In this document: piece by piece, positions 11,790 to 23,400 of the stretch | How positions within the stretch are numbered: position 1 is the stretch's first letter | Layout: the number at the start of each line of letters is the position of its first letter | NCBI GenBank assembly: GCA_038087875.1 | Contig: CM075995.1 | Coordinates: forward strand, 10,790,001 to 10,854,000 | Direction of reading: 5' to 3' | DNA: 64,000 nucleotides | DNA from: Malacoraja senta | Taxonomy: Eukaryota | Made by a program: the position numbers and the translations under genes | Notes under the pieces: model-generated | Told to the model about the DNA's origin: nothing | Database searches by the model: none | What the model saw: only the letters and a program-made list of their open reading frames with translations

Positions 11790-14700
11790 TTTCAATGTGG
11801 AATGCTAATTATCAAATTCAAGTGGGGTTGTTGGAGGGATCTTAAGGAATTGGGAGGGGCAATTGGATCAAGTGTTCATGGATGAGCCTTTTGGGATGAC
11901 CGACCACTGCATTATTTGGTTTATGATAGTAATGGATCGCGACAGGGTGGGGCCCGCATATTAAAATTCAAAAATTGGAGCAAGTCCAACTTTGAAGGTA
12001 TTAGGAAACTAGCTCGTTGATTGGAGCCAGTTGTTTGGAGGAAGAGGAACATCTGGAAATTGTGATGTTTTAATAGTGTGCTGACAATAGTCTAGGGCAT
12101 GCATGTTCCTGTTAGAGTGCAGGACAAGGCAGGTGGGCAGAAGGAAGCTTGGATGACAAGATAAATTGAGGCTATGGTCAAGAATTAAAAAAATAAATGA
12201 GGCAGGTACATGCACCTGGGTTCAAGTGTATCCCTGGAGGAATTTTGGGAACTGTGGAGCATGCTAAGAAGGGAAATTAGGAGGGCAAAAAGGGGACAGG
12301 AGATGGCTCTGGCAGATAATCCCAAGAGATTCTATAAATACATAAAGGGGAAAAGGTACGATCAGCCATGATCACAATGAATGGCGGTGCTGGCTCGAAG
12401 GGCCGAATGGCCTCCTCCTGCACCTATTTTCTATGTTTTCTATGTAACCAGAGAGAGAGTGGGACCCCTCAGGAAACAAAGCTGTCAACTCGGTGTGGAG
12501 CCACGGGAGATGGGGCAAGATCCTCAATGAGTTTTTTCTCCTCTTTACCGTGGCGGAACACATGAGGACCGGGGAACTTTGTGGCAGTCAATGGAATTGT
12601 CGAGGCCAGTCAGTATTACTGTCGAGGAGATACTGAAGGTCCTACACATATGAAAGTAGACAAATCTCCCGGACCTGATCAGATCTATCTAAGGACACTG
12701 TGGGGAAGCTAAAGAGGAAATTGCAAGTGCATTGGCTAAGATATATGGGTCATTATTAAATACAGATGAGATGCCAGAAGACTGGAGGGCCTCTATTTAA
12801 GAAGGGATGCAAGGAAAAGCCAGAGAACTACAGGCCAATGAGTCTAACATCTGTGGTCACAAAGTTACTAGAGATCTGAGGGATAAGATGTACATGTTGT
12901 GACAGTGCCCCCTCCCTTCGAGGCCGCTCTAATCCCTATCACTAGCTGATTGATCAGAGAGTCCAATCCCCAGCGCTATTGGTAACACCTGGGTCTAATT
13001 AGCCACTTGAACGTCAGCCTACTTCCTATAAAACTCAGGCATTCTCACCGTAGAGAGAAGGATGAAGGAAGAAGGAAGAGAAAGAGAAAGTGTTGGGCCT
13101 CCATGTGCAGGTGTTCCCGTCGCAGCTTCGAGGAAGACTGAGTCACTGGGGGACAAACCAAGACCACCAGCACCACTATGTGGTCAAGACTGGACTGCCA
13201 GGAAGAAGCCCTAGCCCTGTACCTGAGGTGAAAGCTGAGTGGGCCGAGGCAAGCCTGAGACACAGAGTATCCTCCCTGCCCATGGACTAGGATGGACTGC
13301 GCCCACACACAGAGGCAAAGTCTGAGCTACCAGGATAATCCAGAGACCACCAGCAGTGCTTGTTCAAGTCCAAATCTGAGCTGCCTGGATAAACCTGATT
13401 GCCTGATGTACTGTAAGATCAACCTAACTAACTAACTGACAATTACTGCTGGAAATGTGAACATAAAATTGTGAGATACTAATAAAAACAGAACTTTGTA
13501 TGGAATTTTAAAAAATCTCTCTCCTTCACGAGAGAGAGAGGAAGGGAGAGAAAGTTGGGCACCTCCTTGCTACTAGCTGTGTGGTCGCAGGTTCAAGGAA
13601 GACTGAACCACTGGGACAATTCCAAGACCACCTGTGCCACTGTGTGGTCAAGACTGGACTGCCAGGGAGAATCCCCAGACAGCTAGCCCTCTACTTGAGG
13701 CGAAGGCTGAGGAAAGCCTGAGACGCCAGAGCCTCTTCCTGCCATGGGCAACACTAGACTGCGCCCACACACACAGGCAAAGACTGAGCTACCAGGATAA
13801 TCCAGAGACCGCCAGCACTGTCTGTTCAAGCCCAAAGTTGAGCCCCCAGGATAACCTGAGACTGCCAGCGCCTCCTCTCGAGGCAAGGGTGAACTGCAGG
13901 GAGAAGCCTGAGATCACTGTGTCTCCTCTTTTGAAGACCAGGGACTGAGCTGCCTGGACAAGCCCAAGATCGCCAGCGACATCGCACATGTGCCCAGATG
14001 GCGAGGGGCAGCACCCTTATGCCATCCTGGACTTTCTTAACACTGTAACATAGCGTTACTCTTTAAAACATAGAAACAGATATGGAAATAAAATATATCA
14101 CGCGAGTTCACCCTACCGTAAGTGTCGGTATGGTCACTGCTGAACCTGCCGCCACAGTGCATTTAATTAGACGGGCTGATTAGGGAGAGTCAGTTTTTTT
14201 GAAGATGTGACTAAAATGGTTGAGGGCAGACCCAGGTTGTAGACATTGTATATATAGATTTTATTAAGGCATTTGACAAGATTCCATGGTAGGCTGCTCT
14301 GGAAGGTTAGAACACATGGGATCCAAGGAGAGATAGCTGAATGGATAGCAAATTGGCTTCATAGAAGGAAGCAGATGGTGATGGTGGAAGGTTGCTGTTC
14401 GGACGGAAGGCCTGGGACTAGTGGTGTGCGTCAGGAGTTCAGTGCTGGGACCATTGCTGTTCGACATCTATATCAATGATTTAGATAGTAAGTTTGCAGA
14501 TGACACTAATGTAGGTAGTACTGTAGATAGTGAAGATGGTTGAAAAATTGCAGCAGGATTTTGAGAAGAATAGATTGGGTAAATGTATAAAAGTATTTTA
14601 CCCAGAGTAGGGGAATCAAGAACCAGAGGACATAGGTTTAAGGTGAGGAAAAGATACTTTGAGGCAATTTTTTTTAATACCACGGGGGGTAGGTGTATGG

Positions 14701-14900
14701 AATGAGCTGCAGAGGAGGGAGTTGAGGCAGGTGCTATCACATTATTTAAAAGATATATGGACATGTACATGGATAGGTATACATGTTTACAGGCATATGG
14801 CCAACACGGATGGTGAGACTAGTGTATCTGGAGCATGTTAGTCAGCATGGGCAAGTTGGCTCCAAGAGCCTGTGATATGCTGTATGACTCCATGGATTAA
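11790..14900 (+). mobile_element. Highly decayed CR1 LINE split by a solo LTR
   Basis: KSPGPD, ENYRP.SLTSV and HGRLLWKVRTHGIQG fragments. Sequence is continuous across 12898-14156. Confidence 0.65.
12898..14156 (+). mobile_element. Putative solo LTR (~1.26 kb)
   Basis: TGTGAC...GCCACA termini, TATAAAA near 13027, AATAAA near 14087, an internal ~300-bp duplication, and clean interruption of a CR1. The TSD is degenerate. Confidence 0.6.
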
Positions 14901-15695
14901 TAAAATAAGGCAGATTGTTAATTCAGGTTCACTGATGACATAATGAGAATTTATGGTGGATTGTGATGAAGAGGTCAAAGAGTTAATGTCTGGTTGTTAC
15001 TGCATTAAGGTTGAGTGCTGAGGTAAATCGTTCGTTTGCTGGTCAAAAGTCCACCCAAAGTAAATAGAATGGGAATGAACGCATAAAGTATGCTTGCCTT
15101 CACTAGTCGAGGCATTGAGTGTTATTAGCCAGGAAGTCATGATGCAACATTATAGGACTTTGGTTAGGTAAATAAGGAGTATTCTGTGCAGTTCTGCTCG
15201 TCCCATTGCAGGAAAGATGCATAAGGTTTGCATAAGGTTTGGAGAGAGTGCAATTTATCAGAATTATGCCTGGATTAGGGGGTGTTAGCTCCCTTAGTGG
15301 CTGGGAGAGTTTGTACAGGCTTGGATTGTTTTCTCTTGAACGTTAGAGGTTGAGGAAAAGCCTGATAGAAGTATATACAATTATGAGAGATATAGATAGG
15401 TTAGGGTTTTTCCCCATGGTAAAAATATCAGACTACCTTTAGCTTTAAAGACTAACCTCTCTCACCTTAAAGCTAGTTTTTGATATTTTTTTCCCAGGGT
15501 AGAAATATGAAAAGTAGCTTTGTGAGAGGGGCAAATTTTAAAGGGAATGCTCTTTTTTAGTGTGATGTGGGCCTGGAATGCTCTGCCAGGGCTGGTGGTG
15601 GAAGCAGATACGATAGTGGTGTTGGTAGCACATTGTGGGCCAAAGGGCCTGTTCCTGTGCTGTACTGTTCCTGTGTTCTGTGCTTTATTTGACAG

Positions 15696-15851
15696 GAAAA
15701 GCAGGAATCACTGAGGATGTTGGCTGAACAGGCACGTCTGACAGAGGAAATGCTGAATACCATTCCCGGCATTAGCTGTGCGGTTATCAACAGCGGGACG
15801 TTTGCCTTTCCCCGAATTGAACTTCCGGACGGAGCCATGGAGGCAGCTGAG
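15696..15851 (+). CDS. GPT2-like: Alanine aminotransferase-like gene, internal exon (156 bp)
   Basis: cag| and |gtaaac boundaries. Translates EKQESLRMLAEQARLTEEMLNTIPGISCAVINSGTFAFPRIELPDGAMEAAE, vs ALT [40 protein letters not shown]. Confidence 0.92.
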
Positions 15852-15994
15852 GTAAACCCAGTGTCCCAGGGGGAAGGCTGTGGTGTGAACACATGCCCTG
15901 ACCGGCCCTTCAACCATCCCCACTGTCATCTGACCACCTGCGTGATCTTAAGCCCACAATGAATCTGACCCTGCCTCTGATCCTGTGCCCACAG

Positions 15995-16107
15995 ACCATG
16001 AACCTGCGGCTGGATACTTTCTACAGCCACCGACTGCTGATGGATACAGGCTGCCTCCTGGCTCCCGGTGGGGACTTCGGTCTGCAGGACGGGCCCTGGC
16101 ACTTCAG
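15995..16107 (+). CDS. GPT2-like: Alanine aminotransferase-like gene, penultimate exon (113 bp)
   Basis: cag| and AG|gtaatg boundaries. Translates TMNLRLDTFYSHRLLMDTGCLLAPGGDFGLQDGPWHF(R), vs ALT ..[31 protein letters not shown]. Confidence 0.92.
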
Positions 16108-16715
16108 GTAATGTCAAGCAGATGTCCGCTTGGCCAGGAGAGGAGCCCTTATGCCCATCACACCCGCATTAGTCAGAGCAACTTCCACACTGACTCATTG
16201 ACCAGGCCGTGGTCTGCGGCCTTGGATATCCTAGAATTCCCTCCACATCCCCAAACACCCTCTTGGGCGGGAAGTTCTTGACTCCCACTACACCTGGGGA
16301 AACCATGCCCACCCCAGATCCCTTTGAAACATTCCACCTCTCTGTCTGCCCATGTCCTCTCTTGCCCCCTCGCGCACCTCCTCCACCACCACCATCCCCC
16401 TCCTGCAGTGCTCTCAGTACCGCATCCTCACCAGCACTCCCCCGGCACCCCTCCAGTTCTGCCCACACCACATGACGCTCAGTGCCACCCTCCCACAGTG
16501 CGCCCTCAAGGTGAGTTTCTCATGTGTCTGACCCCTGCTGCCCTTGTCCCGGGAGTGTGTGTAACAGGGCATCACACGTTGTTAGCTGCTAGGTACTATG
16601 GCTGGTGTGGTGTTGACCTGCCTTCAGGGTGTCAGTGTGTGCATTGTATGCAGAGTGAGGGCTGCAATGTGTGGAAGGGGCACTGGTGGGAGAGGTGTGT
16701 CCCGACATTGTCAGT

Positions 16716-17037
16716 TTCGTTTTGAGGTACAATGTGGAAACAGGCCCATCGACCCTTTGAGTCCACACCCTTCATCGATCATCCATTCGCAGTAGCTCTA
16801 TGTTATCCCACTTTCTCATCCACTCCCTACACACGATAAGTAATTTACAGAGGCCAATTAACCTACAAACCCGAACGTCTTTGTGATGTGGAAGGAAAGT
16901 AGAGCACCCAAAGGAAACCCAGGCGGTCACAGTGAGAATGTCCAAACTCGACAGAGACAGCACCGGAGGTCAGGATTGAACCTGGGTCTCTGGCGCAGTG
17001 AGTCAGCTGTTCTTTTAGCTGCGGCACTGTGCCACCC
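16716..17037 (-). mobile_element. tRNA-derived V-SINE (HE1-like) in the last ALT-like intron
   Basis: Minus strand GGTGGCACAGTG...GACCCAGGTTCAATCC head, V-domain and CR1-like tail. Homologous to 4535-4825. Confidence 0.8.
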
Positions 17038-17093
17038 TTCAACACTCTCGGTGTAAAAACGCTGGCCACTTATTTTCTTTCTCCTCCTCCTAG

Positions 17094-17184
17094 AATGAAC
17101 TTTCTCCTGCCCATCGACAAACTGAAGCTGACCCTGGAGAAGATCATGGAATTCCACAGGAAGTTCACGGCAGAGTTTTCCTGA
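17094..17184 (+). CDS. GPT2-like: Alanine aminotransferase-like gene, terminal coding exon
   Basis: Long pyrimidine tract + tag acceptor. Translates (R)MNFLLPIDKLKLTLEKIMEFHRKFTAEFS*, matching the ALT C-terminus RMTILPP.EKL..LLEK...FH.KF..EYS* including the stop position. Confidence 0.92.
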
Positions 17185-17329
17185 GTGTTGGAAGCGGTGG
17201 CCTGGTGTCACCAGTAACCCATGGAAGTGAGCAAGGGCGAGCTTCTCTCCACATCGCTCAACACCTGAATCAGGAATACCCACAGTAAATACAATGACAA
17301 AGTAATTTGTGTGTCGTTGTTTATTACCC

Positions 17330-17905
17330 AGGGATTGTAAGATGATGGTGAGGCTACACTTGGAGTCCTGTGTTCAGATCTGATCACTCTGCTGTAGGGA
17401 GGATGTCATTAAGCTGGAAAGAGCACAGAGAAGATTTACAAGGATGTTGCCAGGACTCAAGGGCCCAAGTTATATGGAGAGGTTGAGCAGGCTATAGAGC
17501 ACAATATTCATGGAGTGCAGAAGGCTGGGGGGTGTTCTTATGGATATATACAAGAGCATAAAGAGAATGGATGGGGTAGATGCACAGTCTCTTACCTAGA
17601 TTGGGGGAATCAAGAACAAGAGTGCATAGGTTTAAGATGAAAGGGCAAATAAATGAAATTGGTACCTAAAGGGTAACTTTTCCACAGATATGGTGGTTGG
17701 TATATGGAATGAGCTGCCTTAGGAGGCAGTTGAGGCAAGTACTATAACAACATTTAAAAGATACTTGGACAAGTACTTGGATAGGAAAGGTTCAGACGGA
17801 AATGGATCAAACATGGGCAAATGGGACATGCTTCGAGGGGGAATTTTGGTCAGTGATTTTGGTCAGTTGGACCAAAGGGCCTGTTTCTGCACTGCGTAAC
17901 TGTGA
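17330..17905 (+). mobile_element. Degenerate CR1 3' fragment
   Basis: Decayed VRLHLE.CVQ.W and RRFTRMLPGL-type coding remnants plus 3' UTR. Confidence 0.7.
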
Positions 17906-18169
17906 AAAGCATTAACTACAAGATTTTTTATTGATGCGAAAATTGAAAGAACATTCAGCAGGTTTGGCAGCAGTTGCGGAGAGGGAAAATTGGATAGAGA
18001 ATCTGTGGCCTCAGTACCGCCCGCCCCACAGCATGGCGCTCCTGCATACTGCCCCTCTCACAGTGGACGTGCAGGTATCGGAGCTCTTGCGGAAATCACA
18101 CAAATTTGTTGTTTCAAACATCTGTGGGACGTTGGATGAGGTACAGCAGTACTTATAAACATATCTTTC

Positions 18170-19500
18170 CAAAAGGGCTGCTGCCTTCAAGGAGGTACGC
18201 GGATACTGGTGGTGGGCGTCAGCCGTGCTGTCCTGCTGGGGATGCCCGGCTTCTACCGGGACCTGCTGAGAGTCTGGAACCTGGTTGCCGTCGACCGGGC
18301 CCCCCTCAGCCGGCGGAGGGTGACACCCTGGTCGTGAGAGCGGCCGGCCCTTGTCCCGCCCCACCGGGTATCGGGGAGGCTTGAACTTGTGGAGTACTCG
18401 CGGTTGAGCAAAACCCCGCTCAGCCACAAGTACTCATCAGACCCAGGCGCCGTAATCCTTCTCGGGAGCTGGTCCTACACAACATGAGCCGCCATTCCTC
18501 GACACCCTTCATCTCCCTCCGAGACACAGGGAGGCGTGTCCTGTACGGGCTCCTCCTCAACACCTGCATTTCCTCGCCCTGGTCCACATTCCGGCACAAA
18601 ATGGTGGTCGGTTGCCTTTTGGTCGCGAAGGGGCCTTCCAGTGGGGTCCCTCTATGCAGGGATTCTCCCCCTCTACACCGGGGGACCTGGGGTGGAGAGT
18701 GCTGCACTGAGGAGTTCCCTGCAACCTGTTTCTCTCGCAGTTCACAGACTCGCCAGCTGCCTGCCACTTTTGTGGGTTGGAAGAGTCTGTGTACCACGTG
18801 TATATGGAGTGTGTGAGGTTGCAGTCACTGTACCAACACCTAAAGGGGCTGCTCCTTGCCTTCTGGCTGAACTTCACACCCATCATCCTCATCTTTGGAC
18901 ACCCTGTGCGTAGGGGAGAGGGTAGGGCTGAAGATGTCCTGGTTGGGATGTTCCTTTAAAAAAAAATATTTTACCAAAAATAATTTAATCAATTATTAAA
19001 AATTATATTTACAGTACAATATAAAACAAAACAAAACCCACCAGCATAATACGAATCAAACAAAATACTAAATTAACTACCATATCACAATCCACATCGA
19101 CGGTGACTTCCACCCCATGCGCTGCCCAACGGTCCGGAAATCCCCCAGGGTGTCCCTGGACAGCGCGTTCTCCCTCTCTAGTGCCACCCGGGTGTGGACC
19201 TGACCCTGTAGAAGGGGCCTAGGAGCAACCCAACCAGGACATCTTCGGCCCTACCCTCTCCCCAGTTTGGGTTGCTCCTGGACCTGGCCAAGCTGGCCAT
19301 CCGCGAGTCACGGCACTAGGCAGATAAGGGCTCTGTCCAAGCTGGCTGCCTGCCCCTTTTCCTGGGTTACGTCCGCACCCAGGTGGTACTAGAGTGGGAC
19401 TACGCGCTGCCCACGAGTGCCATGGGGGATTTCCGGGATAGCTGGGCACCGTGGGGGGTGGAGTGTGTCCTGAATACGGAGGGGAAAAGAGTTATCTAAT
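18170..19500 (+). mobile_element. Tx1-like (L1 superfamily) LINE ORF2 3' remnant
   Basis: FYRDLLRVWNLV, GDLGWRVLH, C..CG..ESVYHVYMECVRL (zf-RVT-like) and LLGLAKLAI motifs, frameshifted. Confidence 0.7.
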
Positions 19501-20199
19501 GTATTTCAGAATATTTGTTTATTTTTTATTATGGTGGCGGGTTTGTATGCATTTTTGTTGGTAAAACCGAAACATTGCAGAGCTCGGAGGTGCGAGAATC
19601 AGTGCTCTTGTGGAAATGACACAATTTTGGTGTTTCAAACATCTTTGGAGGAGGAGGAGGTACAGCAGTACTTATAAACATCTTGTGCATCGCTGCAACT
19701 CTGCAGACATGTCTTTTAAGACGTTTCTGCATGTTTTGGGCTGTATGCGGTGTTATCACCACACTGTAGCTCCCACTACTGTCGCTGGCAGCCTGCCTAA
19801 AACAATCGACCTAAAGAAAAGGAGAGAACAACGTTTCTGGACTTTACACCTGTGTCCAGAACAACCCCTCCTTACTGCCTCATCATTACTGACAGGGCCG
19901 GTGTGTTTCGTGTGGTGTGGGAGGATTTCTACACCATCTCGACTTTCTGCGGCCTTGAAAGCTGGAGCTGATGAAGCCTCCTTTCTCTCGGCAAGAACAG
20001 CGGCGATAAGGGGATTCCAGCAACACAGACAGCAGAAATCCCCTTCGTTGCTGCAGGAACAGTGAAGACCAGCTGGGGTTATCTGCGACATTCCGCAGCT
20101 CGCCGAGGAACGCCGGAGAGTCGGGAAAGCCGGGCTGAAGAGGTGCTGACGCAGCAGGTTTGGGAGTTGCCATAACCGGACACTTTCATCATCCGAGGC

Positions 20200-23100
20200 A
20201 ACACCACTCATCTCCCTCCCTCGAACTGTCCCTTGTTTGTGTTTGGGCACTGGCTTCATGTCTGCTGTCCTACTAAGCCTCTGGTGAGTGAATTTATACA
20301 CCTGGTTGAGTCCTTAAATCTGACTCTACTCACCACTGGACCCACTCATAAGCTTGGCCATACACTGGACCTGGTGCTATCGTCCAGTCTCCCAATTTGT
20401 AATATAGAAATTATTGATGCCTGTCTGTCAATCATAGTGCAATTATATTTGATGCATCGCTGCCTTTCTCTCCCTCAAAATCCCATCTCCCTGTTCACTA
20501 CTCCTGCTACATAAACTCATTGATTGCCAGTAACTTATCTGCGGCTCTCATAGCCGCCCCGGACATTTGCACCATCGAGGCTTCTCCCCCCCATTCTCAG
20601 CACAGACAATCTCATTTTTTTATACAATACCACTTGCTCTTCCATCCTGGATTCTGTTGCTCCTCTTAAAATGAAAAAGCCTAAGCCTAAAGGCTGGCCC
20701 TGGCTCAATGACACCACCAGAGCCCTAAGAAGAGAGTGCAGAAAATCAAAACGGAAGTATAAACGTGATAAGCTTCAAATTTCCTTTGAACGTCTGAGAA
20801 ACAATCTTCTCAAATACCAGGAGGCAGTAAAGTCTGCGAGAACACAATACTTTTCTGACCTTGTTTCCAAAAACGCTCAAAACTCCAAAGTCCTATTTAG
20901 TACTATTACCTCTGTCATATGTCCTGCCCCCAGTGCCAGCTTAGCTGGGTCCCCTGCCAGGTATGAAGAATTCTCTACTTTTTTCACCAGTAAAGTTGAG
21001 AACATTAGAACGAATATTTCCCCTCCCACCCGTGACCTAGCTGTCTCTTTGGTATGTTCTTCTAAATTAGACTGTTTCCGACCCGTTACTCTATCCTCCC
21101 TTGTAAAGCTCGTCTCCACTATGAAACCTGCAACCTGCCCCCTTGACGTTCTGAAGGATGTCTTTGCAATAGTCGGTCCCAGTAACCTCTCTATCATCAA
21201 CAGTTCTCTGGCCACTGGCACTGTTCCAACCTGTTTCAAGCACGCGGTGGTCCAGCCCCTCCTGAGATAACCTAACCTAGTCCCCACCTTGCCTAATAAC
21301 TACAGACCTATTTCCAAACTGCCTTTCCTTTCAAAAGGTAATTCTAGACCAACTAATGCCCTATCTACACCAAAATTGCATCCTGGAAAGTTTCCAATCA
21401 GGTTTCAGGGCCCATCACAGCACAGAGTGTGCCTTGTTGAAGGTACACAACGGCCTGCTTCTCGCCATCGACTCGAGCGACTGTGCAATCCTGCTCCTTC
21501 TCAACCTCAGGGCAGCATTTGATACAGTGGACCACACCATCGTAATTGACCGTCTCCGGTATGGGGTTGGTATGGATGACACTGCCCTGAGCTGGTTCGT
21601 CTCCTACCTCAAAGGTAGGAGTTTCTCTACCAACATAGGCAACTCTTTCTCTTCCCCAGCTAGCTTTTTCTGCGGGGTTCCACAAGGCTCCATCCTAGGC
21701 CGCATTCTCTTCTCTCTGCATATGCTCCCCTTAGGCCAAGTCATCCAAAGGCACGGAATTTCTTTCCATTGTTATGCAGATGACACACAGCTCTATCTCC
21801 CCCTGAAACCCAACAACAGGTCTAATTTAATCAGCCTCATGCATTGCCTCGATGATTTAAAATGTTGGATGGCTCAGAACTTCCTCCAACTTAACGAGGG
21901 TAAGTCTGAGGTCGTCCTACTCGGCCCCTCCTACTCCATCAAAACGATAACAGGCAGCCTTGGAAGCCATCTGCCCCCATGTCTGCCTTCCGCAAAGACC
22001 GTTCCCTCCGTAACTCCCTTGTCAATTCTTCCCTTCCCTCCCATACCACCCCCTCCCCTGGTACTTTCCCTTGCAACCGCAAGAGATGCAACACTTGTCC
22101 CTTCACCTCCCCCCTCTACTCCATTCAAGGACCCAAGCAGTCATTGCAGGTGCGACAGAGGTTCACCTGCATCTCCTCCAACCTCACCTATTGCATCCGC
22201 TGCTCTAGATGCCAGCTGATCTACATCGGTGAGACCAAGCGGAGGCTTGGCGATCGTTTCGCCGAACACCTCCGGTCGGTCCGCAATAACCAACCTGACA
22301 TCCTGGTGGCTCAGCACTTCAACTCCCCCTCCCATTCCGTATCTGACCTCTCTGTCCTGGGTCTCCTCCATGGCCACAGCGAGCAACACCGTAAATTGGA
22401 GGAAATGCACCTCATATTCCGTTTGGGCAGTCTACATCCTGGGGGCTTGAACATTGAATTCTCCCAATTCTGCTAGCCCTTGCTGTCCCCTCCCCTTCAT
22501 CAGCCATCCGGTTGTCTCCTCCCCTCCCCCAGCCCTCGGGCTCCTCCTCCGCCTTTTTCCTTTTTTCATTTCTTCTCCCCACCCCCTATCAGTCTGAAGA
22601 AGGGTTTTGGCCCCAAACGTTACCTATTTCCTTCGCTCCATAGATGCTGCTGCATCCGCTGAGTTTCTCCAGCATTTTTGTGTACCTTCGATTTTCCAGC
22701 ATCTGCAGTTCCTTCTTTAACACTAAAGCCTTGGAAGCCTAATGTTCTTAGTCAAACCACACGTCAAAAACCTTGGCGTGATATTTGACTCCGCATTAAA
22801 GTTTGACAAGCAAGTCAACTCTGTGGTAAAAGCTGGTTTCTTCCAGCTTCATACAATAGCTAAAATAAAACCATTCCTCAAATTCGATGACCTTGATAAA
22901 AATCATCCACACATTCATCTTCTCCATCCTTGATTACTGCAACTCCCTGTACACTGGCATCAGCCAATCATCCCTGTCCCGCCTGCAATTGGTCCAAAAC
23001 GCCGCAGCAAGACTTCTGACGGGTACCCGTAAAAGAGACCACATCACCCCAATTCTGGCCTCTCTCCACTGGCTCCCAGTAGGGTACAGAATTAACATCA

Positions 23101-23400
23101 AGCTCCATTTATACGTATACAAAGCCCTTAACGGGCTTTCCCCCCTTATATCAAACATCTTCTAACCCACCATTCTACCTCCAGGTCCCCCAGGCCGGCC
23201 GACTTGGGGCTACTGATTTTCCCACGGTCTAGGTTTAAGCTCGGGGGTGACCACGCTTTTGTGGTTGCAGCATCCCGCTCCTCATCAGAACTGCCCCCAC
23301 CATCGACTCCTTTAAGTCACGACTCAAAACTTATTTCTACTCCCTAGCATTTTTGGGCCCCTCTGATGGGGCGCTGTAAACAGTTTACGTATGTATTGTT
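20200..23400 (+). mobile_element. L2-clade LINE ORF2 (APE + RT), frameshifted, interrupted by a Penelope fragment
   Basis: PTHKLGHTLDLV, NYRPISKLPFLSK, FQSGFRAHHSTE, CGVPQGSILG, HCYADDTQLY, LDYCNSL and LHWLPV motifs. Confidence 0.88.
21969..22726 (+). mobile_element. Penelope-like element 3' fragment (GIY-YIG endonuclease + pLTR)
   Basis: ORF 21979-22476 with C..C..C..C, Y.I.C..C..IYIGETKRRL..RF.EH and P.GLN motifs. 13-bp TSD AGCCTTGGAAGCC at 21956-21968 and 22727-22739. Confidence 0.88.

Noticed and set aside
17648..17653. AATAAA as the poly(A) signal of the ALT-like gene
   Set aside because: Lies within a decayed CR1 and cannot be supported without transcript data.
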